64,000 nt of DNA, taken from assembly GCA_038045705.1 (NCBI GenBank), contig JBBSXO010000001.1, positions 64,001 to 128,000 on the forward strand, read 5' to 3'. Made by a program: the position numbers and the translations under genes. Below the pieces are notes generated by a model that saw only the letters and a program-made list of their open reading frames with translations, did not search any database and had not been told where the DNA came from. Below are positions 11,288 through 20,555 of this stretch, piece by piece (positions within the stretch are counted from its first letter, which is position 1; every line of letters begins with the position of its first letter). This stretch comes from Nanobdellota archaeon. GTDB taxonomy: Archaea > Nanobdellota > Nanobdellia > Pacearchaeales > GW2011-AR1.

Positions 11288-12538
11288 GTGTTCAAAATTC
11301 AGATTATTATGAGATCCAGAAAAACTAAAATCAAAAGTAGATCATCTGTTTTAATTTTCTTATGGATAATATCTATAATTGCTTTATCCAGCTATTTTAT
11401 TTTCTCTAATGTCTCAGCACGTTATCAAGAAATAACTCCTTATTGTACTACACCAATTGCTATTATCAATCATTCACAGTACTCAAGTTCAAGCAATCCT
11501 GATATTTATGGGAGAACTATGGTTTATTCATTTCAGGGTTCATTGAAATTTTATGATTCAGGCCAAGATAGTCGGTTTGGAACTGCTGATGATCTGGGAA
11601 TTAGAATGCCTGCACAGTTTCAACGTGGAAATTATTCTTACTCTGCCCCAAGAATTTTTAAAGATGACATTGTGTTTATTAGATCCAATTTCACAAGTGG
11701 GCAAAGCGATTTAATGATTTATTCATTGGGTCCAGATTTAATCATAGGAACTTCTGATGACCGTGGACCAGTTCCTATAATTAGTGCACCATCTCAAACT
11801 TTTTCAACAAATCAGATTTATATAGATCAGAATTTAGTTTCTTTTAAAATTTTCAATTCATTGTCTTTTTTAGTTGATACTTATTATTGTACTACCGACT
11901 TTCCATCAGGAACATGTTGGAATTCTATACCTCAACAAATCATACAAAACATGTTTAGGTCAAACATGGTAAGAAATTTTATTGCAACAAAATCTGTATA
12001 TGATCAAGCTCCACTTTTCTTCTTTCAAAAACAACAATCTTCATTTGAGAACCTTTATTTTTCAGAACCAGGGGTTTCTCAAGAGGGACCATTTTATAAT
12101 ATTCCAGCAAATATTTATGAAACCCTAGAAGATATTTCATTTCCATTTATTTTAACTACATTTCATACTGGCCAATTAGATAATAAAGTCAGGATAGGCT
12201 TTACTTATCAAAACTCTCCTTATTTCCAAATATCTCCCAATAATTTAGAACATTCTTCTTACTCTATTTATGATAAGTTTGCAAGTATCTCAAGAGTGAT
12301 TTCTAGTGATAGAAGGTATGGCTTAGTTTCATGGATAAGAAAAGATTCAGAAGATATGCTAGTTGATAATTATGTAATCTCAAATGTGATGATTATTAAC
12401 GGAACTCTATCTTCAAGCGGTGTTGAGGTTATAATCCCTCGTAATATTGTTATTCCAATTTCACCTCCGAAAGTTTACAAAGACACTGCAGTATTTAGTG
12501 ACGGAAATAGGATATATATTTCTGAATGCTTCTTTTAA
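11288..12538 (+). CDS. secreted beta-propeller-like surface protein
   Basis: N-terminal TM; repeats PDIYGRTMVY / PRIFKDDIVF / PKVYKDTAVF; two GxDxxxGTxDD loops. Confidence 0.5.
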   Translation: MFKIQIIMRSRKTKIKSRSSVLIFLWIISIIALSSYFIFSNVSARYQEITPYCTTPIAIINHSQYSSSSNPDIYGRTMVYSFQGSLKFYDSGQDSRFGTADDLGIRMPAQFQRGNYSYSAPRIFKDDIVFIRSNFTSGQSDLMIYSLGPDLIIGTSDDRGPVPIISAPSQTFSTNQIYIDQNLVSFKIFNSLSFLVDTYYCTTDFPSGTCWNSIPQQIIQNMFRSNMVRNFIATKSVYDQAPLFFFQKQQSSFENLYFSEPGVSQEGPFYNIPANIYETLEDISFPFILTTFHTGQLDNKVRIGFTYQNSPYFQISPNNLEHSSYSIYDKFASISRVISSDRRYGLVSWIRKDSEDMLVDNYVISNVMIINGTLSSSGVEVIIPRNIVIPISPPKVYKDTAVFSDGNRIYISECFF

Positions 12539-12583
12539 TTAGTCCATCTTAAAGTATTAATAGTCTTTTAATTAAATGCTCTA

Positions 12584-13063
12584 ATGGTAAAAAAAGAGAA
12601 TCAAAATTACAATGGTGCTGTAGTTTTAGGGCTTAATGATGCATTAGTTGAATTATCTGGAGCATTAGTCGGTTTGAGTTTTGCACTTACAGAAACAAAA
12701 ATTATTGCAACAGTTGGTCTAATTACTGGTTTTGCGGCCGCTTTATCAATGGCTGCTTCAGAATATTTATCTGCAAAAGAAGAAAAAAATAAAATGCCCA
12801 TAAAAGCTGCAACATATACAGGAATAGCATACATCTTAGCAGTTATTTTGTTAGTAGCCCCTTACTTTATTTTACAAAACATATACTTAGCGACCGCAAT
12901 AATGTTCTCGTTAGTAATCATAATAATCGCAAGTTATACAAAATATATTTCTTCAATGAATAATGTAAGTTTCAGATTAAAGTTCTTTGAAATGCTTACA
13001 ATAACTCTATCAGTATCTGTGATAAGTTTCTTGTTTGGAACTTTAGTCAAGAAGTTGGTTTAG
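12584..13063 (+). CDS. VIT1/CCC1 family transporter
   Basis: VLGLNDALVE and SMAASEYLS motifs. Confidence 0.88.
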   Translation: MVKKENQNYNGAVVLGLNDALVELSGALVGLSFALTETKIIATVGLITGFAAALSMAASEYLSAKEEKNKMPIKAATYTGIAYILAVILLVAPYFILQNIYLATAIMFSLVIIIIASYTKYISSMNNVSFRLKFFEMLTITLSVSVISFLFGTLVKKLV

Positions 13064-13074
13064 TTAATTCTATA

Positions 13075-13116
13075 CAAACACCACACTTTAGCATGTAGTT
13101 TTGCATCGATTTTTTA
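13075..13116. repeat. degenerate copy of CTTTAG-loop hairpin repeat
   Basis: CAAACACCACACTTTAGCATGTAGTTTTGCATCGATTTTTT aligns with 43134-43174. Confidence 0.65.
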
Positions 13117-13383
13117 TTTTAATATTTAACACTACAAAAAAGAAAGACTTGTAAATATGTAGTGTTAAATTAATTCAAGTAATTCGTGGAGCTAATCCAG
13201 ATTCTTATGATCAAACTCTCTATTATCTAGATCCGGCTCAATGGGGTGTTAAATATACAGAAACTATCCATGATGAATATGTTGTTCTTGGTTGTGCTGT
13301 GAAATGTTTGGATTTACAAGATGAACTTATTAAAAAATACCAACCACATTTAAGAAGAAAAATTTAATTTTTACTATCTAAAA

Positions 13384-13785
13384 TCACTTCAAAGTGATTT
13401 TTCCACCATGTTTCTCAACAGACTTGATTGCACTTTTACTTGCAGCACCAGCTGTTATATTAAGTTTAATATTTTTACTTAAACTTCCAACAATTTTATA
13501 ATCTGAATAATCGGCTCCATCTTTAATACTATCAGAAATTCTTTCTAAGTTAAGTGTCTTTAATCTTCCTTTCCCAAAACGCATTTTTGTCTGCCTCTTG
13601 CCGAAATATTCGTCCATTCCAATTTTCAGAATACTAGTTTTTTTCTGATCTCCTCTCTTTCCTGTTCCAGCCATTCCAAATCCCCCACGGTGTCCACTAC
13701 CTCTCGCTTTCTTTTTACCACCGCGACCATGAGTGTGACTGCCTCTAAATCTACTTGATTTTCTTCTTTTTTTCATTCGAACCAT
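13384..13785 (-). CDS. rpl15: 50S ribosomal protein uL15
   Basis: RGSHTHGRGGKKKARGSGHRGGFGMAG; start at MVRMKK (TAATG overlap). Confidence 0.95.
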   Translation of the reverse strand: MVRMKKRRKSSRFRGSHTHGRGGKKKARGSGHRGGFGMAGTGKRGDQKKTSILKIGMDEYFGKRQTKMRFGKGRLKTLNLERISDSIKDGADYSDYKIVGSLSKNIKLNITAGAASKSAIKSVEKHGGKITLK

Positions 13786-13973
13786 TATTCTTCCCCCCAA
13801 TCCTTAGCTCTAATCTCTTCCATTAAATTTTCATCTGCAAGTTCCACAACATCATCTTCATCAGCTTCAACATAAGTTCCTTCTTCACCGCATCGTTTAC
13901 ATTCCTCTGGGGGAAGCTTACCATAAGCAATTGATCCGCATTGACATTCCCAAGTTGTTTTTAATTTAGTCAT
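13785..13973 (-). CDS. small rubredoxin-like metal-binding protein
   Basis: WECQCG...PPEECKRCG, acidic tail; overlaps both neighbours by start/stop codons. Confidence 0.65.
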   Translation of the reverse strand: MTKLKTTWECQCGSIAYGKLPPEECKRCGEEGTYVEADEDDVVELADENLMEEIRAKDWGEE

Positions 13974-14389
13974 AACATTCTCTCCAAAAGTGAATTTATA
14001 TGCTCTTTGTTATCTCCAAGAACTCCCTTTCCAACTCCAAAGTGCTTTTTACTTTCAATACCTTTTCTAGGAGGATGCAGTCTAAAGAATGGTTTCATTC
14101 CCTGTTCACGCAATGATTTCTTTTCAATATTTTTTGCAATAGATTCAGCATCAATTTTCCCTTTTTTATCAGATTTCTCTCCTCTCAAGGATATCAACTT
14201 AACAAGATTCTCATTAGTTATTGTTCCAAATGCAACAAAACTTCTTACTTTATTTAAGAGTTTCATATTTTCAGGAGTTTCAGGCATTAAAATTGCAGCA
14301 TATTTTCTTCTCAAATTTATATTATGAAGTATGTAATTAACATTTTCAGATACATCAACCATTCCAGAAATTCTTATTACTATTATCAT
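13970..14389 (-). CDS. rpl30: 50S ribosomal protein uL30
   Basis: FRLHPPRKG motif; follows uS5. Confidence 0.95.
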   Translation of the reverse strand: MIIVIRISGMVDVSENVNYILHNINLRRKYAAILMPETPENMKLLNKVRSFVAFGTITNENLVKLISLRGEKSDKKGKIDAESIAKNIEKKSLREQGMKPFFRLHPPRKGIESKKHFGVGKGVLGDNKEHINSLLERML

Positions 14390-15117
14390 GACAAGCTCCT
14401 TGTGTTCTTAAGAGCTTCAATACATGCATTAGCTGCGTTTATTGTTGTTCTTCCTTGTCCTTTAGCATATGAATATACATCCTTTATTCCAGCAAGTCTC
14501 AAAATCTTTTTACATTCATCGCTAACTACAAGACCAGTTCCTTGAGGGGCAGGTATTAATTTGATAACTACACTTCCACATTTACCTTCAACTGCAAAAG
14601 GAATACTATGTAATTCAGAGCAAGAACAATCAAAGTGACCGCACCCTCTAGTAACTTTTATTACATTTAACTTAGCAAGTCTCACTGCTTTTTCTCTTGA
14701 AGGAAGTGTTTCTTTTGATTTTCCTAATCCTATCCCAACATGTCCATTTTTATCACCAACAACAGCCATAGATGAGAAAGTAAGAATATTCCCTTCCATT
14801 GTTTTCTTTTGAGTCTGTCTCCAAGCTCTTCTTTTACCTCCTCCAAATTTACCCTTTGATTGCCCAACAAGAAGCAAATCTTTTTCTAAAGTTATCAGGC
14901 TGTCAACAATCTCAGATTCGAGTATTTTTTTACCACTCAATAAAATCTCATCTATATTTTTTATTTTCCCATTCCTAACATCCTTCCCAATCTGAGTTTT
15001 AGGATTCCATGATTGAACAGGTGTATGTTCTTTTATATTTTCTAACATCAAAGCTTCTTCGCTTACTGGAACCTCTAAAGCAATTCCTATTTCTTCTTGT
15101 TTTATTTCAGTTTTCAT
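14386..15117 (-). CDS. rps5: 30S ribosomal protein uS5
   Basis: WNPKTQIG, VVGDKNGHVGIG, PAPQGTGLV. Confidence 0.97.
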   Translation of the reverse strand: MKTEIKQEEIGIALEVPVSEEALMLENIKEHTPVQSWNPKTQIGKDVRNGKIKNIDEILLSGKKILESEIVDSLITLEKDLLLVGQSKGKFGGGKRRAWRQTQKKTMEGNILTFSSMAVVGDKNGHVGIGLGKSKETLPSREKAVRLAKLNVIKVTRGCGHFDCSCSELHSIPFAVEGKCGSVVIKLIPAPQGTGLVVSDECKKILRLAGIKDVYSYAKGQGRTTINAANACIEALKNTRSLS

Positions 15118-15596
15118 TTTAGCTTTTCCTTGAGTTGATTAATAAGTTTTGCTGTCTCTGTTTTTCTATTAATCATTTCATCATCTGGTAAGACTTCTTC
15201 ATTTACAGGAATCTCAAAACCTGCATCTTTCATTCCTTTAACAAAAGCATAAATCCTTGATTTTGGAACATGGCTTAAGAGTCCTATGTCTAAAACTCCG
15301 CTTTTAATTTCAGTTCGTTTAGCAAGTAAATACCCCATCAAATAAGCAGCAGGTAAACTTTTCAAACTTCCAGATAATTTTTCAGGCCAACCAAATTTTA
15401 TCAAATCCTTTGTACTTACATTAACTATTACCCTGTCTTTAGCTATTTCAGAGATAACAACCTGGGCTTGTAAGAATCTATTTGTTTTTCTAAATACTAC
15501 TCTTGGTTTGCCAGATTTAAGAAGGAAAAATCTAGCCTTGTAATCTGTCCTTCCTTCATGTCTTCTTCTTCTAACTGTTTTTTGTACGCCTTGCAT
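15114..15596 (-). CDS. rpl18: 50S ribosomal protein uL18
   Basis: RRRHEGRTDYKAR, SLPAAYLMG. Confidence 0.97.
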   Translation of the reverse strand: MQGVQKTVRRRRHEGRTDYKARFFLLKSGKPRVVFRKTNRFLQAQVVISEIAKDRVIVNVSTKDLIKFGWPEKLSGSLKSLPAAYLMGYLLAKRTEIKSGVLDIGLLSHVPKSRIYAFVKGMKDAGFEIPVNEEVLPDDEMINRKTETAKLINQLKEKLK

Positions 15597-15597
15597 T

Positions 15598-16008
15598 TTA
15601 TTTAACCACCTTCATAAGTTGTATATGCTCTTTTAAATGTGTTTTATTTCTGAAAGTCTTGCTTCTTACTCCCTTCCTTAATGTCATAAATTCATCATTA
15701 TTTATTTTTCCATGTTTTCTAATCTCTGCCAAGTATGATCTCAACTTTCTTGTTAAAATGATATATTCTCCTTTTCTGTTATTTGGCCTCATGCGTATAC
15801 TTCCAGCCCTTCTTCTCTTTCTAGGTGTATTGGCTTTTCTTCCTTTAATGTCATTAACAAAAATAGCTTTTGATGTAACCAAATCTCTAATATCTTGTTT
15901 AGTAATTGCTTCTTTAATTTCATTAATATTATGCATATTGAATCTAATTCTTCCTTCTCCAACTCCAAGAGTTCTTGAAGCAAGAGCCTTTTTTTTACTT
16001 AGATCCAT
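15598..16008 (-). CDS. rpl19e: 50S ribosomal protein eL19
   Basis: LASRTLGVGEGRI, AITKQDIRDL. Confidence 0.95.
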   Translation of the reverse strand: MDLSKKKALASRTLGVGEGRIRFNMHNINEIKEAITKQDIRDLVTSKAIFVNDIKGRKANTPRKRRRAGSIRMRPNNRKGEYIILTRKLRSYLAEIRKHGKINNDEFMTLRKGVRSKTFRNKTHLKEHIQLMKVVK

Positions 16009-16357
16009 TTTCAACTCCTGATTTCACATTTAATATTTCTAAATTCATTTCATTAGCTTTTTTTATCATCTCAATTTTTTTCCTAGCTCCAATTGTTCTT
16101 GCAATGATTATTATGTTTTCTTTGCTTGTTTTTGAGAAGTCAGCCATATTTGTAATTCTAATTGGAATTTTTCCATTAATTTTTCCAGATTCGTTTCTAG
16201 GAGACTTGAATCCAATGCGAGGAGATTTAGTATAGCCAAATCTGTTTTTTCTTATTTTGCTATGTCTTCCTACTGCAGCTCTCCATCTTTGTAGTTTGCG
16301 TCTACCTAAACCCATTCTGCTGAACTTCAATGTACTTCTTCTAACTACTCTTTTCAT
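15995..16357 (-). CDS. rpl32e: 50S ribosomal protein eL32
   Basis: WRAAVGRHSKIR...PRIGFKSP; between uL6 and eL19. Confidence 0.9.
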   Translation of the reverse strand: MKRVVRRSTLKFSRMGLGRRKLQRWRAAVGRHSKIRKNRFGYTKSPRIGFKSPRNESGKINGKIPIRITNMADFSKTSKENIIIIARTIGARKKIEMIKKANEMNLEILNVKSGVENGSK

Positions 16358-16896
16358 ATTCCAGCCCCAGGTTTTTTAGTTATAAATATTCCATCTTGGA
16401 AAATTCTTCTATCTTTTTTGGTAACAGTAGACGCTTTTTCTATATTAGCTGCAGTCTGTCCAGCTTTTTCAACATCCGCGCTTGAAATAATAACCTTTGT
16501 TCCATTTACTTTAATTTCAACACCTGGTAAAATCTTAGCATTCCTTGGAACCTTTTCTCCTAAAAAATTTGTGATTATAAAATTATCTTTATCAACTTTA
16601 ACAGTCATTGGGAAATGAACATTACATATTTCCATTTCATAAACAAATCTTTCATTCAGTCCTTGAAATAAATTTTTTATATGGGCTACAATTGAATTTA
16701 CATTAGCAATTCCTTTTCTATTTGCACTCTTACAAACTATTAACATTACCATTCCATTAACAGAAATAGTCATGTTATGCACCCCAAAATTTCTGACCAA
16801 TTGAGTATTACCTTTAGAACAATGCAATTCATCTCCAGATAATTTACAGTTTATTCCTTCAGGAATTTCAATAGACATTTCGTAGTTGTTTTTCAT
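16354..16896 (-). CDS. rpl6: 50S ribosomal protein uL6
   Basis: HFPMTV, NFLGEK, DRRIFQDGIFI. Confidence 0.97.
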   Translation of the reverse strand: MKNNYEMSIEIPEGINCKLSGDELHCSKGNTQLVRNFGVHNMTISVNGMVMLIVCKSANRKGIANVNSIVAHIKNLFQGLNERFVYEMEICNVHFPMTVKVDKDNFIITNFLGEKVPRNAKILPGVEIKVNGTKVIISSADVEKAGQTAANIEKASTVTKKDRRIFQDGIFITKKPGAGI

Positions 16897-17271
16897 TTAG
16901 TAAAAGTAAGCGACAATGCTTCCCCCTATTCCTTTATCAAAAGCTGTTTGGTGAGTAACAAGACCCTTACTTGTAGAAATTATTATAGTTCCAATACCTC
17001 TAGCAGGCAAATATCTTCTTACATACTTGTCTATATCTTTCACTTTTACAACATAACGAGGTTTAACTGCCTTACATTTATGCAAATTCTTGAACTCTAC
17101 AAAAAGACCTTTAGGAGTGACTGAATATTCTGAAATGTAATCTTTCAATTTTCCTATTGCTAATATGTTTTGTAAGAATTTGGAATGGTGTTTCAAAGTT
17201 ATGCTTGCTTGCCCAGCTAGTTTAGCATTCATTATTCGATTTAAACCATCTGAAACTATATCTTGACTCAT
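16897..17271 (-). CDS. rps8: 30S ribosomal protein uS8
   Basis: YLPARGIG, ISTSKGLVTH. Confidence 0.96.
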   Translation of the reverse strand: MSQDIVSDGLNRIMNAKLAGQASITLKHHSKFLQNILAIGKLKDYISEYSVTPKGLFVEFKNLHKCKAVKPRYVVKVKDIDKYVRRYLPARGIGTIIISTSKGLVTHQTAFDKGIGGSIVAYFY

Positions 17272-17272
17272 G

Positions 17273-17503
17273 TTAACTATATTTTTTGAAACCTATTTCC
17301 TCCGCAATTTCTCTAAAGCAATGTCTACATAAATGTAAGTCATATTGGTTCAAATGAGCACCAAATCTTCCGCAACGTTTACATTTTTGAGCAGCAATTC
17401 CAGTTTTTCGATCTTTTGGCTTGTTAAATTTCAAGAACTTTTTAGCTATAGCTGGTTTGTTTTTAATCTGTTTCAATATCTTATTCCAATCACTTGCTGT
17501 CAT
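17273..17503 (-). CDS. rps14: 30S ribosomal protein uS14
   Basis: CKRCGR...LCRHCFREIA...GFKKYS zinc finger with short N-terminal extension. Confidence 0.96.
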   Translation of the reverse strand: MTASDWNKILKQIKNKPAIAKKFLKFNKPKDRKTGIAAQKCKRCGRFGAHLNQYDLHLCRHCFREIAEEIGFKKYS

Positions 17504-17504
17504 A

Positions 17505-18014
17505 TTACTCTATAATCTCCGTTTTATATGTATCCTTCATATAATCAATTATCTCTTCAGGTGTTACATGTTGTCTGCTAGGAACTTTTCCAGTTTTAAT
17601 TCTTCTTTTCTTAACTCTTAACCCTGGCCTTTCAAATACGACCGTAACATTAAATCCACGAATACCAATTTCTCTAAGATATTTCACTCCAGGTATATTG
17701 ATGTATTCAGGTATACCAAATGAGAAATTATTTTTATCTATTTGTGAGACTTTAAGTTTGTTATCAATAGCACCAAGCAATTTTCTTAATATTTCAATAG
17801 CTTCTTGATTTCTTAATGTAACATTAGTTCCCAATTCCATTTTAGGTTTAACTCCAAAAGCAGGGATTCTCATTCTAGGTCCAGACTTTGTTATTTGAGC
17901 TTTCTTTTCAGAAATTATTTCAAGCAATTTCTTTGCTTTTTCTAAATCTTTATCGATAGCACCAGCACTCAAGACAACTCTAGTTATTTTAGGGATTCTC
18001 ATTACGTTAATCAT
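17505..18014 (-). CDS. rpl5: 50S ribosomal protein uL5
   Basis: MRIPKI, FSFGIPEYINIPG. Confidence 0.96.
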   Translation of the reverse strand: MINVMRIPKITRVVLSAGAIDKDLEKAKKLLEIISEKKAQITKSGPRMRIPAFGVKPKMELGTNVTLRNQEAIEILRKLLGAIDNKLKVSQIDKNNFSFGIPEYINIPGVKYLREIGIRGFNVTVVFERPGLRVKKRRIKTGKVPSRQHVTPEEIIDYMKDTYKTEIIE

Positions 18015-18628
18015 ATTACCATAACTTGTGCTTTACTAAGCACAACGTCCTCATTGTCAAATTTAACTGTTATTTTATTTTCGGAAATGTTCTGAATGTT
18101 TCCAGACTTTCCAATATAGTTTCCAGATACCACAAAAACATCTTTTTCTTTATCAAATTTAATATATCTTATAGTTTTATTCTCATGATTCAGTATTAAT
18201 GTATCTCCAACAAAATAGTTTTTTTCAGAAGCAATATTAGTCCCATCATGCAGTGAGTATTGTAATTTCCCATTTCTTACTAGTCTCTTTCCAGTAATCT
18301 TCAATTTTCTATCTGTTTCTTCTGTTTCAACAAAAGAAAATCTTCCAGTAGGAAGCATAGTCAATAAATAAGTTTTGTCAGCATCAATAATGCAAAAAAG
18401 ACAAATTGGGTCTGTAAGATTTTTAGCAAGATTTCCATTAATCTTTATTTTTTTATTATGAATCATTCCCTTTACTTCCTTACTAGTGTTTGCAAGCTTA
18501 AGCATATCTCTTATTGCAACAACTAGTGGTACTGAATTAGAACTATTACGCATCGCGCGAGCTACATATTTAGTGCCTTTTCTTGCTAGCGGTAACGCTT
18601 TGATAACTTCACTTCGTGTTTGGTGCAT
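18011..18628 (-). CDS. rps4e: 30S ribosomal protein eS4
   Basis: PLVVAIRDMLKLA, LHDGTNI, VVSGNYIG; between uL24 and uL5. Confidence 0.92.
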   Translation of the reverse strand: MHQTRSEVIKALPLARKGTKYVARAMRNSSNSVPLVVAIRDMLKLANTSKEVKGMIHNKKIKINGNLAKNLTDPICLFCIIDADKTYLLTMLPTGRFSFVETEETDRKLKITGKRLVRNGKLQYSLHDGTNIASEKNYFVGDTLILNHENKTIRYIKFDKEKDVFVVSGNYIGKSGNIQNISENKITVKFDNEDVVLSKAQVMVI

Positions 18629-19037
18629 TGTTTTTTTCCTCAGATTTCTTCGACTCGCCATTGTTGCCTTTTAAAGCAATTCTGCGCAAATCATCGAGCT
18701 TCAACACAATTATTTGCAATTTACTTGGGTTGAAATACACATTTATTTTTGTCCCATCTGCCTTCTTCCTTGTGATGCCCTCAAGAGTTACTCTACCCTT
18801 GTTGACTTCGACATTTAGGACCTTAGCTTTTTGGGAAGTAAATGTTCCACGCAAAATCTTAACTTCATCTCCTGTTCTCACAGAAAGACTACGTCTTCCA
18901 TATTTTTTGCGTAGTTCCTTTGATAAAGGTGCGCTTAAAAACTTATGCTTTATATGAAGTGGAGCTTCATATCTGTATTTACGCTGTTTTCTAGCTTGAG
19001 AACTAGCTTTCCAAGATGTATTAAATTTAGTTTTCAT
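18609..19037 (-). CDS. rpl24: 50S ribosomal protein uL24
   Basis: SSQARKQRK, LSKELRKKYG, GDEVKILRG. Confidence 0.96.
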   Translation of the reverse strand: MKTKFNTSWKASSQARKQRKYRYEAPLHIKHKFLSAPLSKELRKKYGRRSLSVRTGDEVKILRGTFTSQKAKVLNVEVNKGRVTLEGITRKKADGTKINVYFNPSKLQIIVLKLDDLRRIALKGNNGESKKSEEKNNAPNTK

Positions 19038-19038
19038 T

Positions 19039-19341
19039 TTAATCTCGATACTCCCAAAGTTCTTCTTTACCTTTAGATTCTTTTCCCCACATAAATATTA
19101 CTCTAAGGTCGTCAATTTCTCTGTCCCTAAATCTAACTTTTTCTACCATCGCTTCAACATAATCTCCATTTTGTATATGGGGGACATATTTACCAGTTAA
19201 CAAAACTTTAACTTTTCTCTCGCCAGTTCTTATGCTAAATGAAACAAAATTTCTTGGAAGACCAGATGCATGTGATTCTTTTGAATTAGAGTAGACTAAT
19301 CTTACAACTCTTCCTTCAAGATTAGTTAATTCAGGTTTCAT
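19039..19341 (-). CDS. hypothetical protein, possible OB fold
   Basis: ATGA overlap with uL14 stop; LEGRVVRL...IQNGDYVEA beta-rich pattern. Confidence 0.55.
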   Translation of the reverse strand: MKPELTNLEGRVVRLVYSNSKESHASGLPRNFVSFSIRTGERKVKVLLTGKYVPHIQNGDYVEAMVEKVRFRDREIDDLRVIFMWGKESKGKEELWEYRD

Positions 19342-19739
19342 AATACAAATTGAGCAATCTTTGCAACTGCTTTCCACCTTTCAAAAACTTCTTTGCTTAT
19401 CGGACCTTTAATAAAGGTGCCTTTAGGATTTCCTTTTTCATCTTTTAATAAACAAACAGCATTATCTTCAAACATTACTCTTTCTCCAGTATTTCTTTTG
19501 TAAGATTTTTTTTGTCTTATAACAATAGCATCAAAAACTTGTCCCTTCATATCAGGTTTTCCAGCACGAACAGAAACTTTAACATAATCTCCAACTTTAG
19601 CATATTGTTGTGTTCCCTTAGATGATTTTCCTTTCTTTACACCAACAATTCTAACAAGTCTAGCACCACTATTATCACTTGCAACAACAACACTTCCTAA
19701 ATTCAATCCCCTCGTTACTCTTGCAGGCATAGCTTTCAT
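19338..19739 (-). CDS. rpl14: 50S ribosomal protein uL14
   Basis: DNSGAR, FEDNAV, PKGTFIKGP. Confidence 0.97.
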   Translation of the reverse strand: MKAMPARVTRGLNLGSVVVASDNSGARLVRIVGVKKGKSSKGTQQYAKVGDYVKVSVRAGKPDMKGQVFDAIVIRQKKSYKRNTGERVMFEDNAVCLLKDEKGNPKGTFIKGPISKEVFERWKAVAKIAQFVL

Positions 19740-20053
19740 TTTATTTCTCCTTCAACCTTTTTTATAATTTGTATAACTACTGAATGAATCATCTTACTCA
19801 AAGGGCGACATTCCTGAACTTTAACATAATCTCCAACGTTAACTTGCATCCCAACAGGTATTCTAGAGTGAACTCTAGTTGTCTTTCTCATAAACCTTTC
19901 GTACTTAATAACTTTAACAGTCCTAGCAAATTCAACAACTGCTCTATTGTCAAATTTCTTTACAACTGTTCCTTCAAAAGTTCTCCCTCTAGTTCCAACT
20001 AAGGGTTTGTTTTCATTAACTCGCATTTTGTTTTCTGTTTTTTTGTTTGCCAT
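19736..20053 (-). CDS. rps17: 30S ribosomal protein uS17
   Basis: RGRTFEGTV, KYERF, ECRPLSK. Confidence 0.96.
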   Translation of the reverse strand: MANKKTENKMRVNENKPLVGTRGRTFEGTVVKKFDNRAVVEFARTVKVIKYERFMRKTTRVHSRIPVGMQVNVGDYVKVQECRPLSKMIHSVVIQIIKKVEGEIK

Positions 20054-20054
20054 T

Positions 20055-20354
20055 TTATTCCTCAATCGATTCGTCAGAGAATCCAATTTTTACTAAGATT
20101 ACTCTAACTTGTCTTTTATGATCTCCTTGAAGTTCAATGATTTGGTCTTTTATTGTACCTCCGCAAGCAAGTCCTTCTTTCAAAGATTTTGCGGTAGCTT
20201 TTAAATCAATGCCTTTGTCAAAGCCTGAAACAAGGGTGATAACCTTGCCATAACGACGTTTTTCAGTCGCTATCTTTATCTTCTGTTGGCTTTTAGCCAA
20301 GTCTTCCCAAGCAATTGTAGTAACTGGTAATCCTGTTCTTGGGTCTATTTCCAT
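20055..20354 (-). CDS. sui1: translation initiation factor aIF1/SUI1
   Basis: RRYGKVIT, LACGGT, IELQGDH. Confidence 0.95.
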   Translation of the reverse strand: MEIDPRTGLPVTTIAWEDLAKSQQKIKIATEKRRYGKVITLVSGFDKGIDLKATAKSLKEGLACGGTIKDQIIELQGDHKRQVRVILVKIGFSDESIEE

Positions 20355-20357
20355 ATT

Positions 20358-20555
20358 TTACTTTCTCTTCCCTGCAGTTTGAACCGCATTGAATGTGTGT
20401 AATCTTGCAATAGCCCTTTTTATCTCTTTTGTTTTACCTGCAGACTTTTGAGCCCCTACTTGAGATTTCATTAATTCCAATTTCAATTCCTTTAATTTTT
20501 CAGCTATATCTTTTTGATTCATTTTAGCAACGTCTTTCGCTTTCAGTAATGCCAT
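20358..20555 (-). CDS. rpl29: 50S ribosomal protein uL29
   Basis: KEIKRAIARLHT; position after uS3. Confidence 0.93.
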   Translation of the reverse strand: MALLKAKDVAKMNQKDIAEKLKELKLELMKSQVGAQKSAGKTKEIKRAIARLHTFNAVQTAGKRK

